Below, in pieces: positions 48,518-58,480 of a stretch of 64,000 nucleotides of DNA. The stretch is taken from contig OY762492.1 in assembly GCA_963665845.2 (NCBI GenBank), positions 1,632,001 through 1,696,000 on the forward strand, read 5' to 3'. The stretch's first letter is position 1. Each line of letters begins with the position of its first letter. The position numbers were made by a program, and so were the translations under genes. A model generated the notes under the pieces. It was not told where the DNA came from. It saw only the letters and a list, made by a program, of their open reading frames with translations, and did not search any database. The stretch comes from Candidatus Poribacteria bacterium. Its GTDB lineage: Bacteria > Poribacteria > WGA-4E > GCA-2687025.

Positions 48518-49033
48518 ATGGCGGCTGTTGCATCCAAGAACGCGGAATTTTATCTCAAACGCGGTCGGCTCTATGCCGACAAGGGCAAACTAGAGCGCGC
48601 CGCTGCGGAATACGCCAAGGCGGTAGAGCTGCAGCCCGACGACCCGACAGCGTATCGTTTCCGCGCAGAAGCGTACCGCGCAGCGGGCGATCTTTGCCGC
48701 GCCCTTGCCGACATCAACAAGGCGGTTGATCTGGACCTTTACGACGCGCAGGCGTTCATGCTCCGCGGGCTGATCTATAAAGACAGGGGCGAGATGGCCG
48801 ATTACGAAGAGGAGTTTCGCGTCGCCGTCCTGCTTGACGGCGAGCTGGTGAACCATGAAACGCATGGGGCGGAATTTGCGCGTATCCTGAAAGCTGACGA
48901 GGAAGAGGAGGCGGAGTGGGACGAACTCGCCAGCCGGCCGGAAGCGAAGGCGCTGTTTGAGGAATGGGAAGCGGAAGCGATGGAGGAGTATCGAGCGGGG
49001 AAAACGAAGCCTTTGGATCCTGAGGATCTATAA
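48518..49033 (+). CDS. TPR protein fused to an acidic antitoxin-like tail (type B)
   Basis: About 3 TPRs, then EEEEAEWDELA..EAMEEYRAGKTKPLDPEDL; TAATG overlap with the toxin. Confidence 0.75.
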   Translation: MAAVASKNAEFYLKRGRLYADKGKLERAAAEYAKAVELQPDDPTAYRFRAEAYRAAGDLCRALADINKAVDLDLYDAQAFMLRGLIYKDRGEMADYEEEFRVAVLLDGELVNHETHGAEFARILKADEEEEAEWDELASRPEAKALFEEWEAEAMEEYRAGKTKPLDPEDL

Positions 49034-49314
49034 TGCGCTCGCGCACATCTTCGCGGTTTCGAAGGCAATTCAGGCGTCTTCCAAAAGAAGTCCGGCAAAA
49101 GGCAAAAGCGGCATACCGCCTATTTGAAACGAACCCCCGCCATCCCGCCTTACAATTTAAAAAATTACGCGGCAGCGACCGCAGATATTCGGTTCGTTTC
49201 TATAAAAAATACCGCGCTCTCGCAAGAAGAACAGATGAGGGCGACCTCGAATGGTATTCTATTGGATCGCATGCGACATACGACCAGGATATAAATAATA
49301 AGAAGTTGGGATAA
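49033..49314 (+). CDS. RelE/ParE-superfamily toxin
   Basis: FRRQFRRLP, NPRHPALQFKKL, SVR...YRAL, WYSIGSHATYD. Confidence 0.85.
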   Translation: MRSRTSSRFRRQFRRLPKEVRQKAKAAYRLFETNPRHPALQFKKLRGSDRRYSVRFYKKYRALARRTDEGDLEWYSIGSHATYDQDINNKKLG

Positions 49315-49377
49315 ATCCGCATGGTTCTCGCGCCCAAAACCGCTATAATGCGCTCAAACCCATCATGAAAGGCGCCC

Positions 49378-52300
49378 ATGCGCAAACCCGTCATCGACAA
49401 CCAGGACAAGAGCGATACGCTTCTCGACCGCCTCAAGCCCCGTCTCAAGGGCGCGGACGCCTTGCGCGTCGTCTCCGCCTATTTCTCCATCTACGGCTTC
49501 GGCGCGCTCGCCGACCAGCTCCGCCCCCTCAAAGAGACCCGCTTCCTCTACGGCGACCCAGGCTCCATCGACGACATCGACCCCGGCGAAAAAACCGACC
49601 GCGCCTTCTACCTGCACGATGAACGGCTCGCGCCGACCGAAGCGCTGCGCCAAAAAGCGCTCGCCGAACAGTGCGAGAAATGGGTGCGGCAGCGCCGTAC
49701 CAAAATACGCGCCATCGCCCGCTCCAATTTCCTCCACGGCAAAATGTGGCATATCGACAAAAAAGACGCGCCGTTCGCCGTCGTCGGAAGCTCCAACTTC
49801 ACCCAGCGCGGACTCGGCGCCGGCGCGGCGCCGAACATTGAGATCAACCTCGCCGCGGACGACCCGCAAACATGCAAAGAACTGCGCGACTGGTTCGACG
49901 ACCTATGGAACGACGAGACGAAGGTCATAGATGTCAAACTGGAGGTTCTGAAAGCGCTGCGCCGCATCGGGCGCGAATGGGGCGCCGAAAGCGTCTATTT
50001 CAAAACGCTCTATGCGCTGTTCAAAGACGACTGGCAGGCGATCCAAGACAGCGACGCGGAACTCAAAAGCCTCAAACTGACCGACGCGCAGATATGGAAC
50101 GCGCTGTACCAGTTTCAAAAAGACGGCGTCCACAGCATTCTCAAAAGCCTAAATAGCCACAACGGATGCCTGCTCGCCGACAGCGTCGGCCTCGGAAAAA
50201 CGTACGCCGCCCTCGCCGTCATCAAGTATCACGAACTGCGCAATGAGCGCGTCCTCGTGCTCTGTCCGCGCAAACTGCGGGAGCAGTGGGCGTTGTATCT
50301 CAGCGCGGCGGGGCAAGAAGGCAACCCGTTTCTAAAAGACAGGTTCAACTACTCGCTGCTCTCCCATACCGACCTCTCCCGCGACAAAGGAATCGTCGGA
50401 AACATCGATCTCGCCAACTTCAACTGGAGCTCCTTCGATCTGGTCGTCATCGACGAATCGCACAACTTCCGCAACCCGGACGGGAAGCGTTACCAAAAAC
50501 TGATCAAAGAGATCATCAAGGAAAGCGTCAACACAAAAGTGCTGATGCTCTCCGCGACCCCCGTCAACACCTCCCTCATCGACCTGCGCAACCAGATCTA
50601 TCTCATGACCGAAGGGCGCGACGACGCCTTCGCGCCAAGCCTCAACATACACAGCCTCAAACGGACCCTCCGAAACGCCCAAGAGCAGTTCAACGCATGG
50701 AGTCCTGAAGACGGCAAACAGGGGCTTCTGGAGACGCTCGGCGCCGACTTCCAAAGCATTCTCGCCGCCGTCACCGTCTCCCGATCTAGAAAGCAGATCG
50801 AGACCTTTTACAGAGCCGACATGGAACGAGTCGGCGCCTTCCCAACACGCGACGACCCTGTCAACCTCTACCCCCCCACCGACACAGAAAAACAGCTCTC
50901 CTATGAGAAGCTGGCGGAGCAGATTGAGCAGTTCCAGCTCTCCATCTACACCCCCACCAACTATCTCATCAGCCTAGCGAGGCGGGCGGAACTGGACGCG
51001 GAAAAGAAACGGCGCAACTTCAACCAGCAAGACCGAGAACGGTTCCTGATCGGAATGATACGGGTCAACTTCCTCAAACGGCTCGAAAGCGCCCCCCACT
51101 CGCTCAAGTTGACGCTGCAGCGGACGGTCAAAAAAATCAGCGATCTCATCGACAAGATCGACCGTTACAGCGGGCGGCCGTCCAGCGACGCGGAGCTGAA
51201 CGAAGAGACGGCGCCTTACGAAACCGATGTGGAGGAAGACGACGATCTCATCGTCAACAAAGGCAAAAATCCGTTCAAGCTAAGCGAACTGGATGTCCAA
51301 ACATGGCGCGAAGACCTTGTCAAAGACAGGGACATCCTGAACGAAGCGCTGCGTCAGGTGGCGGCGGTCGCGCCCGAACGAGACGGCAAACTGGATGAGA
51401 TCAAGCGGCTGATACGCCGGCGCGCCGAGTACCCGTCCCTCGACCAAAACGGCAAGGAATGCCGCAAGCTGATTGTCTACACCACCTTCAAAGACACGGC
51501 GCTGTATCTCTATCGCCAGCTGGAGCCGCTGACGAAGGAGCTGGGGTTGAAGATGGCGATGGTCGCGGGATCGGAAACGCATACGGAGCATGGCGACAAC
51601 AATTTCCACGCCATACTCAACAACTTCGCCCCCTTCGGACGCAAGGGCGAAGGCGCCGCCGCCGACCCCGACATCGACCTGCTCATCGCCACCGACTGCG
51701 TCTCGGAAGGCATGAACCTCCAAGACTGCGACCGCATCGTCAACTACGACATCCACTGGAACCCGGTGCGCATCATTCAGCGGTTCGGGCGCATCGACCG
51801 CATCGGCAGCAAAAGCCGCTCCATAAAGATGACGAACTTTTGGCCGACCGAGGACATGGAGGTATACCTGAAACTGGAAAGCCGCGTCCGGTCGCGCATG
51901 GCGCTGGCGGACATCGCCGCCACAGGCGAAGACGACCCGCTCGACATCCAAGAGGAGCTGCAACTCGCCGAAAAAGAGCTGACCCTCCGATACAAGCAGC
52001 TGCGCAAAATGAAAGAGGAAGGCGCCTACATAGAGGAGCTGGACGACGCGCCCGCCATGAGCGACTTCTCCTTCGCGCGCTTCGTCGGGCAACTGAACGA
52101 ATACCTGCGCCAACGGCAATACGAGCTGGAGAACATGCCGGACGGCGCCTACGCGGTCGTCAAGCGGGACGAGGGCGCGGAGCCGGGCATCCTCTTCTTC
52201 CTGCGCCAAACAAACGCCGACCCTGAAAACCCAGACAAATCCGCAAGCCCCGTCGCCCCGCATTACGCCGTCTATGTCCAAGACGACGGAACGATACGCC

Positions 52301-52635
52301 ACGGATGCGCCAACGCCCAGCAGATACTCGACATCTTTGAAGCCGCCGCCGTCGGCAAAACGGAACCGATACAGGACATGTGCGACCTGTTCAACATGGA
52401 AACGGAAAACGGACAGAAAATGGCGCGGTACGACGATCTGATCCAAGCCGCGGCAGACGACATCAAAACGGCGTACGCCGCCGCCATTGAAAAAAATATA
52501 GCGGGCGGCGACCGCAACTTCATGCTGCCCGTCTACGAGAACGCGCCGCGAGACCTGAACGACTTTACACTGGTCACATGGCTTGTTATACTGGACGCCG
52601 ATCATGAACGTTATGAAACGGGGTACGGCGTATGA
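49378..52635 (+). CDS. PLD-nuclease plus SNF2-type helicase
   Basis: LHGKMW..GSSNFT (PLD); LADSVGLGKT, DESHNFRN, LSATP, SEGMNLQD, QRFGRIDRIG. Confidence 0.9.
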   Translation: MRKPVIDNQDKSDTLLDRLKPRLKGADALRVVSAYFSIYGFGALADQLRPLKETRFLYGDPGSIDDIDPGEKTDRAFYLHDERLAPTEALRQKALAEQCEKWVRQRRTKIRAIARSNFLHGKMWHIDKKDAPFAVVGSSNFTQRGLGAGAAPNIEINLAADDPQTCKELRDWFDDLWNDETKVIDVKLEVLKALRRIGREWGAESVYFKTLYALFKDDWQAIQDSDAELKSLKLTDAQIWNALYQFQKDGVHSILKSLNSHNGCLLADSVGLGKTYAALAVIKYHELRNERVLVLCPRKLREQWALYLSAAGQEGNPFLKDRFNYSLLSHTDLSRDKGIVGNIDLANFNWSSFDLVVIDESHNFRNPDGKRYQKLIKEIIKESVNTKVLMLSATPVNTSLIDLRNQIYLMTEGRDDAFAPSLNIHSLKRTLRNAQEQFNAWSPEDGKQGLLETLGADFQSILAAVTVSRSRKQIETFYRADMERVGAFPTRDDPVNLYPPTDTEKQLSYEKLAEQIEQFQLSIYTPTNYLISLARRAELDAEKKRRNFNQQDRERFLIGMIRVNFLKRLESAPHSLKLTLQRTVKKISDLIDKIDRYSGRPSSDAELNEETAPYETDVEEDDDLIVNKGKNPFKLSELDVQTWREDLVKDRDILNEALRQVAAVAPERDGKLDEIKRLIRRRAEYPSLDQNGKECRKLIVYTTFKDTALYLYRQLEPLTKELGLKMAMVAGSETHTEHGDNNFHAILNNFAPFGRKGEGAAADPDIDLLIATDCVSEGMNLQDCDRIVNYDIHWNPVRIIQRFGRIDRIGSKSRSIKMTNFWPTEDMEVYLKLESRVRSRMALADIAATGEDDPLDIQEELQLAEKELTLRYKQLRKMKEEGAYIEELDDAPAMSDFSFARFVGQLNEYLRQRQYELENMPDGAYAVVKRDEGAEPGILFFLRQTNADPENPDKSASPVAPHYAVYVQDDGTIRHGCANAQQILDIFEAAAVGKTEPIQDMCDLFNMETENGQKMARYDDLIQAAADDIKTAYAAAIEKNIAGGDRNFMLPVYENAPRDLNDFTLVTWLVILDADHERYETGYGV

Positions 52636-55600
52636 TGCGAGCCAGAATCGAGGCGGGACTGGAAAAGGCGGCGGAGGCGGACAACTTCCACGACGGAGCC
52701 AACCAGCTGCTCAAGACGCTCGGATATGAAAGCGGGCGGCGTGGGCTGACAACCTTCAAACCCAAAAAGTTTGTCGAAGAATTTCCAAATCCGCGCGGCG
52801 CCGGAACGCAAACCGAATTGAGATTTCTGAAGGAGGTACAATCGACCCGCATCCTGTTTCAAATGACCGACGACGAGGTGAACCAAGCCGCCCAGAGACG
52901 AACAGGCGAGATGACGCTATTTGAAAGCGGCGGGTCAGAGATGGACGAGTCGGTCGATAGAAGCTTCTTTTTTGCGTCGGTGGAGCTGAACGGCGAGTCG
53001 TATTCGCGCGGAAAATACGCCGAATTCACCCGCGAACTGAATAAACGGCTCCCCATCGCCACCGTCGCCCTCTTTAGAACGCAAAGCCGCCGCATCTCCA
53101 TCGCGCTAGCGGATCGCCGGGAACATAAAGCCGAGAAAGGAAGAGCCGTACTCGGGCGCGTCTCCCTCCTGCGCGAAATCGACCCCGGCAACATGCGCTC
53201 CGACGCCAACATACTGGAAGACCTGACCCTAAACAATCGAATCGAATGGATGCAAGACCTGGCGAAAAACGCCGAAAAGCGCAACTTCGACGGGCTGCGC
53301 AAAGCATGGCTCGACACGCTCGACACCGAATCGCTCAACAAGCGGTTCTATAAAGAACTGAAAGCATGGTTCGACCGCGTCGTTGAGGAGGCGACGTTCC
53401 CGACGACGAAAACGCAAACGCAGCAGGATCATGCTATCCGCCTCATCACCCGCATGCTGTTCATCTGGTTCATGAAAGAAAAGGGGCTGGTGAACAAGAA
53501 CCTGTTTAATCCAAAGCAGGTCGCGCCGCTGCTGCGGAATTGGAACATCGTCAGCGGGGATTCCTACTACCGAGCCGTCCTCCAAAATCTGTTCTTTGCG
53601 ACGCTCAACACGCCCATTGATCTGCGCGACTTCAGCAGGTTAGACAATTCGACGCGTCACATCCCGAATCCGTACAGGTATGCAGATCTGATGACCGACC
53701 CCGTCGAGCTAAGGGATCTCTTTAAGAAAACGCCCTTTATTAACGGCGGCCTCTTCGAGTGTCTTGACGATCTTGAAGGCGTCAATCCAGGCGGAAAACA
53801 GGTCGACTGCTTCACCGACGATACGGATCAACGCAAAGAGATGTCCGTTCCCGACGATACGGATCAACGCAAAGAGATGTCCGTACCCAACAGCCTCTTC
53901 TTCGACAAAAAGAACGGGCTGTTCAATCTGTTTAAAGGGTATAAGTTCACCGTCGAAGAGAACACGCCGATAGAGCAGGAGGTGGCGCTGGACCCCGAAC
54001 TGTTGGGAAACGTGTTTGAAAACCTGCTGGCGGAGATGAACCCTGAAACGCGCGACACCGCCCGTAAAATGACCGGCTCCTACTACACCCCGCGCGACGT
54101 CGTGAACTACATGACGAAAGAAGCGCTGGCGGCGGCGCTCGCCCAAAAGGTTCAGTCCGACCCCAAAAACGCCGATGACTGGGATGAAAACCTGAACGTA
54201 CTTCTAGACGACGAGAAGGCATGGGACGAAGCGGGAGATCTGTTTTCAGACGGGGAAAAGCGGCGGCTGACGGAAGGCATCGCCGACCTGAAAATACTGG
54301 ATCCTGCTGTCGGGTCCGGCGCCTTTCCGATGGCGGCGCTCCTGAAATTGACGATGGCGCTGCGACGCATAGATCCAAAGAACGAATTATGGGAGGATGT
54401 TCTGCTGAAACGCGCACGCGATCAAGCGGAGAAGGTCATCGGCCAGGAGCAAGATAACGAGCGGTACCATAAACAGATGGGGGAGATCAAGAAGACCTTT
54501 GACAGATTACGAGATTCAGATTACGGGCGGAAGCTGTTTCTCATTCAAAACAACATCTTCGGCGTCGACATTCAGCGCATCGCATGCCAGATCGCCAAGC
54601 TGCGCTTCTTCATCACCCTCGCCATCGAACAGGAATCGAACAAGGACGAGGATAATTATGGCATCAAACCGCTGCCAAACTTGGAGACCCGCTTTGTCGC
54701 CGCCGACGCGCTCCTGTCGCTCCATCCGAAATCCGATAAACCTCAGAAACTGAGATCCGAACTGACCGATCAACTTAAACAGGAAATACATGAGAACCGC
54801 CGGCGGTATTTTCTAGCCAACGAGCACGACGAAAAAAATATCCTCAAAGGCGAAAATGAGATTCTGCGGGGAAAGCTGTCGAAACAGCTGAAAACGATGA
54901 AATGGACGGACATAGCGGCGGAGCGAATCGCCAACTGGGATTCGTTCAGCCAAACAGACGACCCCGCCGACTGGTTCGACCCAGAGTATATGTTCGGCGT
55001 CCGATACGGGTTCGACGTCGTCATCGGCAACCCGCCCTATGTCCAGCTGCAGAAAAACGGCGGAGAGCTGGGGGAAAAATACCAAAACACAGGCAAAGAC
55101 CGAAAAACACGTTTTGAGACCTTCGCCCGCACAGGCGACATCTACTGCCTCTTTTATGAGCAGGCGCTGAACCTGGCGGCGGAGGGCGGATGCGCCTGCC
55201 TCATCACCTCCAATAAATGGATGCGCTCCGACTACGGCAAAAAGCTGCGCGACCTGTTCGTTGAAAAGATAAGCCCCGCCCTGCTGATCGATATGGGTCC
55301 GGGCGTTTTTGAGGCGTCGGTCGATACGAACATTCTGCTATTGAGGAAAGCCGCCCCCCTTCCCAACGCTGTCATAAACAGCGTTGAGATGAAGCCCGAC
55401 TTCAGCCGGCAGCAGGGCGGCGTCGGCGAGTATGTCCGGAAGAACGGCGTTGAGATGCCGGTTCCGGACGCTGGATATCCATGGACGATCGCCTCCGCCG
55501 TTGAGCTGAACATTCTGAAGAAGATGCGCGATGTCGGGACGCCGCTAAAGGAATGGGATGTAAACATCAATCGCGGCGTGACCATCGGATGCAATGACGC

Positions 55601-56303
55601 TTTCATCATTGACGCCGACACGCGCAGTCGTTTAGCGTTTGAAGATCCTAGATCAGACGAGATACTGAAGCAGATTCTGCGCGGACGCGACATACAAAGA
55701 TGGGTTCCAGAATGGGCAGGGCTGTGGTTGATAGATTCTCATAATGGCTTTGGCGATACGCCGCCCATCGATATGGACGACTACCCAGCTGTCAAAGCAT
55801 GGCTAGACCATTTCTACCCTAGACTTGAGAAACGTCAAGATAAAGGGAAGACTCCTTACAACCTCCGCAGCTGCGCTTACCATGAGGCTTTTTCCGAAGA
55901 GAAGCTGATGTGGAAAGATATTGCCACAAGCGGATATTTTACCTACGTCAACGTACCCATGTTTTGCAACAATACCAGTTATATTATGACCGGAACTTCG
56001 CTTAAATACCTATGCGCCGTCTTGAATTCTCGATTGGTAACGTGGTTTATGAGAAAAGCCGCTGCTGGGCTGGGACAGAAAGCGATTCGCTGGATCGCAA
56101 CGTATGTTAATCGCCTGCCCATCCCGCGTCCGCCGACGCCGGAAGTGGAGTCCGCGCTGGTTCTTTTAGTGGACGCAATCTTGTCGAAGAAGGCGTCCGA
56201 TCCAGGGGCGGATGTGTCGCGGTTGGAGGAGAAGATTGACGGCATGGTGTATGATCTTTACGGCTTGACGGAGGAGGAGCGCGCTGCCGTTTCCGGCGGC
56301 TAG
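52632..56303 (+). CDS. Eco57I/type IIG-like N6-adenine methyltransferase with TaqI_C-like TRD
   Basis: GSYYTP, LDPAVGSGAF, FGVDI, GNPPY, GRDI, YNLRSCAY, LNS; C-terminal LYGLTEEE. Confidence 0.9.
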   Translation: MMRARIEAGLEKAAEADNFHDGANQLLKTLGYESGRRGLTTFKPKKFVEEFPNPRGAGTQTELRFLKEVQSTRILFQMTDDEVNQAAQRRTGEMTLFESGGSEMDESVDRSFFFASVELNGESYSRGKYAEFTRELNKRLPIATVALFRTQSRRISIALADRREHKAEKGRAVLGRVSLLREIDPGNMRSDANILEDLTLNNRIEWMQDLAKNAEKRNFDGLRKAWLDTLDTESLNKRFYKELKAWFDRVVEEATFPTTKTQTQQDHAIRLITRMLFIWFMKEKGLVNKNLFNPKQVAPLLRNWNIVSGDSYYRAVLQNLFFATLNTPIDLRDFSRLDNSTRHIPNPYRYADLMTDPVELRDLFKKTPFINGGLFECLDDLEGVNPGGKQVDCFTDDTDQRKEMSVPDDTDQRKEMSVPNSLFFDKKNGLFNLFKGYKFTVEENTPIEQEVALDPELLGNVFENLLAEMNPETRDTARKMTGSYYTPRDVVNYMTKEALAAALAQKVQSDPKNADDWDENLNVLLDDEKAWDEAGDLFSDGEKRRLTEGIADLKILDPAVGSGAFPMAALLKLTMALRRIDPKNELWEDVLLKRARDQAEKVIGQEQDNERYHKQMGEIKKTFDRLRDSDYGRKLFLIQNNIFGVDIQRIACQIAKLRFFITLAIEQESNKDEDNYGIKPLPNLETRFVAADALLSLHPKSDKPQKLRSELTDQLKQEIHENRRRYFLANEHDEKNILKGENEILRGKLSKQLKTMKWTDIAAERIANWDSFSQTDDPADWFDPEYMFGVRYGFDVVIGNPPYVQLQKNGGELGEKYQNTGKDRKTRFETFARTGDIYCLFYEQALNLAAEGGCACLITSNKWMRSDYGKKLRDLFVEKISPALLIDMGPGVFEASVDTNILLLRKAAPLPNAVINSVEMKPDFSRQQGGVGEYVRKNGVEMPVPDAGYPWTIASAVELNILKKMRDVGTPLKEWDVNINRGVTIGCNDAFIIDADTRSRLAFEDPRSDEILKQILRGRDIQRWVPEWAGLWLIDSHNGFGDTPPIDMDDYPAVKAWLDHFYPRLEKRQDKGKTPYNLRSCAYHEAFSEEKLMWKDIATSGYFTYVNVPMFCNNTSYIMTGTSLKYLCAVLNSRLVTWFMRKAAAGLGQKAIRWIATYVNRLPIPRPPTPEVESALVLLVDAILSKKASDPGADVSRLEEKIDGMVYDLYGLTEEERAAVSGG
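53815..53886 (+). repeat. In-frame 36-bp tandem duplication (DDTDQRKEMSVP x2)
   Basis: Two copies with one mismatch. Confidence 0.9.
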
Positions 56304-56337
56304 CGCCCTCCCGCGCCCGATTCCCCCCCCTTGAAAA

Positions 56338-57601
56338 GGGTACTACACGTTTGACTAGATAAGCGGATTGCGCTACACTAAAGGGAGATTGAGAAAGGAA
56401 ATTCCAATGCAGTCTACCAGTATCTACGAGATTTTTGAAAAATATCCCGATGAAAAAAGCGCCGCCCGATTCTTTGAAGAAAGCCGATGGACGAATGGCA
56501 TCTGCTGCCCCCGATGCGATTCCAAAAACATCGCCCGAGTGAAAAACGCCAAACCGATGCCGCTCAGATGCCGAACATGCCGCAAGTATTTCAGCGTCCG
56601 CACGGGAACAATCATGGAGAAAAGCAAAATCCCCCTCCATATGTGGCTTCTGGCGCTCTATTTGTTCCTGACGTTTAAGAAGGGCGTATCGAGCGTTACG
56701 ATGGGTAAGCTACTGGGCATAAGGCAGGACTCCGCATGGTCCCTAGGCCACCGCATCCGAGCCTCGATGGTAAGCGACGACGAAATGCTGAGCGGAACCG
56801 TGGAGATAGACGAGGTCTACGTCGGCGGCAAAGAGGGTAGTAAGCATCGCAGAAAAAAGCTGGGCGTCGGAAGCGGAACCCGCGGCAAGCAGACCGTGAT
56901 CGGCATGCGTCAAAGAAACGGCGAAATCCGCGCGTTTCTGCTGGACAATATGAAGATAAAAACGGTTCATGGCGCTGTAAGGGCGAATGTGGCGCCTGGG
57001 TCAACCGTTTATACCGACGCTCTCCCGACCTACAAGGGCATGGAGGAATACGCGCATGCCGCTGTCTCGCATCAGAAAGGCGAGTATGTTCGCGGCGATG
57101 TTCACACCAACAGCATCGAGTCGTTCTGGGCCGTCCTGAAACGCGGGTACCGCGGCGTTTACCATTACATGTCGTTTAAACACCTGGGTTTATACGTCAA
57201 AGAATTCGTCTACCGGTTCAATGTTGGAAACGACAACCGCATCGAAACGCTTGCCAAGATTGTTCCGCGCATGGTCGGTAAACGCCTTACTTACGCGGAT
57301 CTGGTGAAATAAAGCGGTTGCAGTTCTAAAACCTGTGAGGCAGGATACATGCAGGCATCGTGCGTATGGTTGCAGCGGTAGATTGTGCCGAATGCGCCAA
57401 AACAAGCGCGAAAGCGGAAATAACATCGGCAGTTCTAGGAGATGAAATGAAATGGGCTGGCAGTGTTGCGTCCAACGCAACGCCGCCAGCCCGAGATGAG
57501 TCGTAAGCAACGAATTACGGCAAGAAAAAACGTAAAAAAAAACGCAACGCTGAAAACAATGGCGGGGTATATGCCTCTGGCAAATCAAACGTGTAGTTCC
57601 C
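56338..57601 (+). mobile_element. IS1595-family insertion sequence with 8-bp TSD, inserted in a REP-A
   Basis: TIRs GGGTACTACACGTTTGA / TCAAACGTGTAGTTCCC; CTTGAAAA at 56330-56337 and 57602-57609. Confidence 0.92.
56407..57312 (+). CDS. IS1595-family DDE transposase
   Basis: CPRC..CRTC zinc ribbon; VEIDEVYVGG, YTD, HTNSIESFW..KR, EFVYRFN. Confidence 0.93.
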   Translation: MQSTSIYEIFEKYPDEKSAARFFEESRWTNGICCPRCDSKNIARVKNAKPMPLRCRTCRKYFSVRTGTIMEKSKIPLHMWLLALYLFLTFKKGVSSVTMGKLLGIRQDSAWSLGHRIRASMVSDDEMLSGTVEIDEVYVGGKEGSKHRRKKLGVGSGTRGKQTVIGMRQRNGEIRAFLLDNMKIKTVHGAVRANVAPGSTVYTDALPTYKGMEEYAHAAVSHQKGEYVRGDVHTNSIESFWAVLKRGYRGVYHYMSFKHLGLYVKEFVYRFNVGNDNRIETLAKIVPRMVGKRLTYADLVK

Positions 57602-57629
57602 CTTGAAAAGGGGGGCTAGGGGGGTTTAG

Positions 57630-57689
57630 CGCGTCTACAACCCTTACGGCTTGACGCCCGACGAAATCGCCGCCATCTCCGGCGGATAA
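57630..57689 (+). pseudogene. Orphan C-terminal remnant of the type IIG gene (1)
   Basis: RVYNPYGLTPDEIAAISGG* versus MVYDLYGLTEEERAAVSGG* in the intact gene. Confidence 0.75.
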
Positions 57690-57881
57690 GGCTGTCGCGC
57701 CCCATTCCGTCATTCCCGCGTAAGCGGGAATCCAGAGACGCTGCAGAAGCCGTCAGCACTCCCATGCCGACATGTCGCAACTAAACCCTTAAGGTCATCG
57801 CTTTGGAGTTGACACTTTGCCCGATCATACGTTATACTACTGTAGGAGACGATTCCAGAGGATGAATGAAGGAGGTCGAGG

Positions 57882-58274
57882 ATGAAACGGGCACGGTTCG
57901 ATATTCGTAGACTCGAAAACAAAAGGAGATGGCGTCGTCGCCCGGCTGTCAGTGACGTACGACATCTAAATAACAGACAGCGAAGAGGAAGGAAAAGGAG
58001 CATGAGCCGCAATAACAGCAGACAAACCTTGACAATTGAGCGCATTGAGCGCATTGGACGCGTTGAACGCATTGAGCGCATCGAAATCCCCCTTGGTTTC
58101 AACCCCTTTGATGAGATAACCATCAAGGCGCGCGAGGAGCCGATCATACCGTTTAAAAAACGCGAAGAGTGTTCCAAAGGTTCATTCAAAGCATGCAAGC
58201 GGTGCGAAGTCATAACTCAGATTCTCAAACTCTTGCGCTGGCTATTGATATTCTTGGGTTTCCCTTCTTGCTGA
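57882..58274 (+). CDS. Small basic hypothetical protein with IER repeats and a C-terminal hydrophobic stretch
   Basis: TTGACA-18-TATACT promoter near 57810, AAGGAGGT RBS, lower GC; alternative start at 58002. Confidence 0.5.
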   Translation: MKRARFDIRRLENKRRWRRRPAVSDVRHLNNRQRRGRKRSMSRNNSRQTLTIERIERIGRVERIERIEIPLGFNPFDEITIKAREEPIIPFKKREECSKGSFKACKRCEVITQILKLLRWLLIFLGFPSC

Positions 58275-58280
58275 ACAAGA

Positions 58281-58400
58281 TCGAAGAAAGCGTCCGATCC
58301 GTCGGCGAACGTCTCGGCGTTGGAGGCGCAGATCGACGAGCGCGTCTACGCCCTTTACGGCTTGACGGACGCGGAGCGCGCCGTCGTTTCCGTCGGCTAA
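58281..58400 (+). pseudogene. Orphan C-terminal remnant of the type IIG gene (2)
   Basis: SKKASDPSANVSALEAQIDERVYALYGLTDAERAVVSVG*, followed by the same CGCCCTCCCGC flank as the intact gene. Confidence 0.8.
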
Positions 58401-58480
58401 CGCCCTCCCGCTTGACAATGCAGTACGCATCGTCTACACTTTCTGAAAGATTCGCTGGCAGGGTTGAATGGAGCGAGTAA

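Noticed and set aside
51280-52605. Long antisense ORFs over the helicase, alaS, mod and oxidoreductase genes
   Set aside because: These are shadow frames expected from high-GC codon bias.
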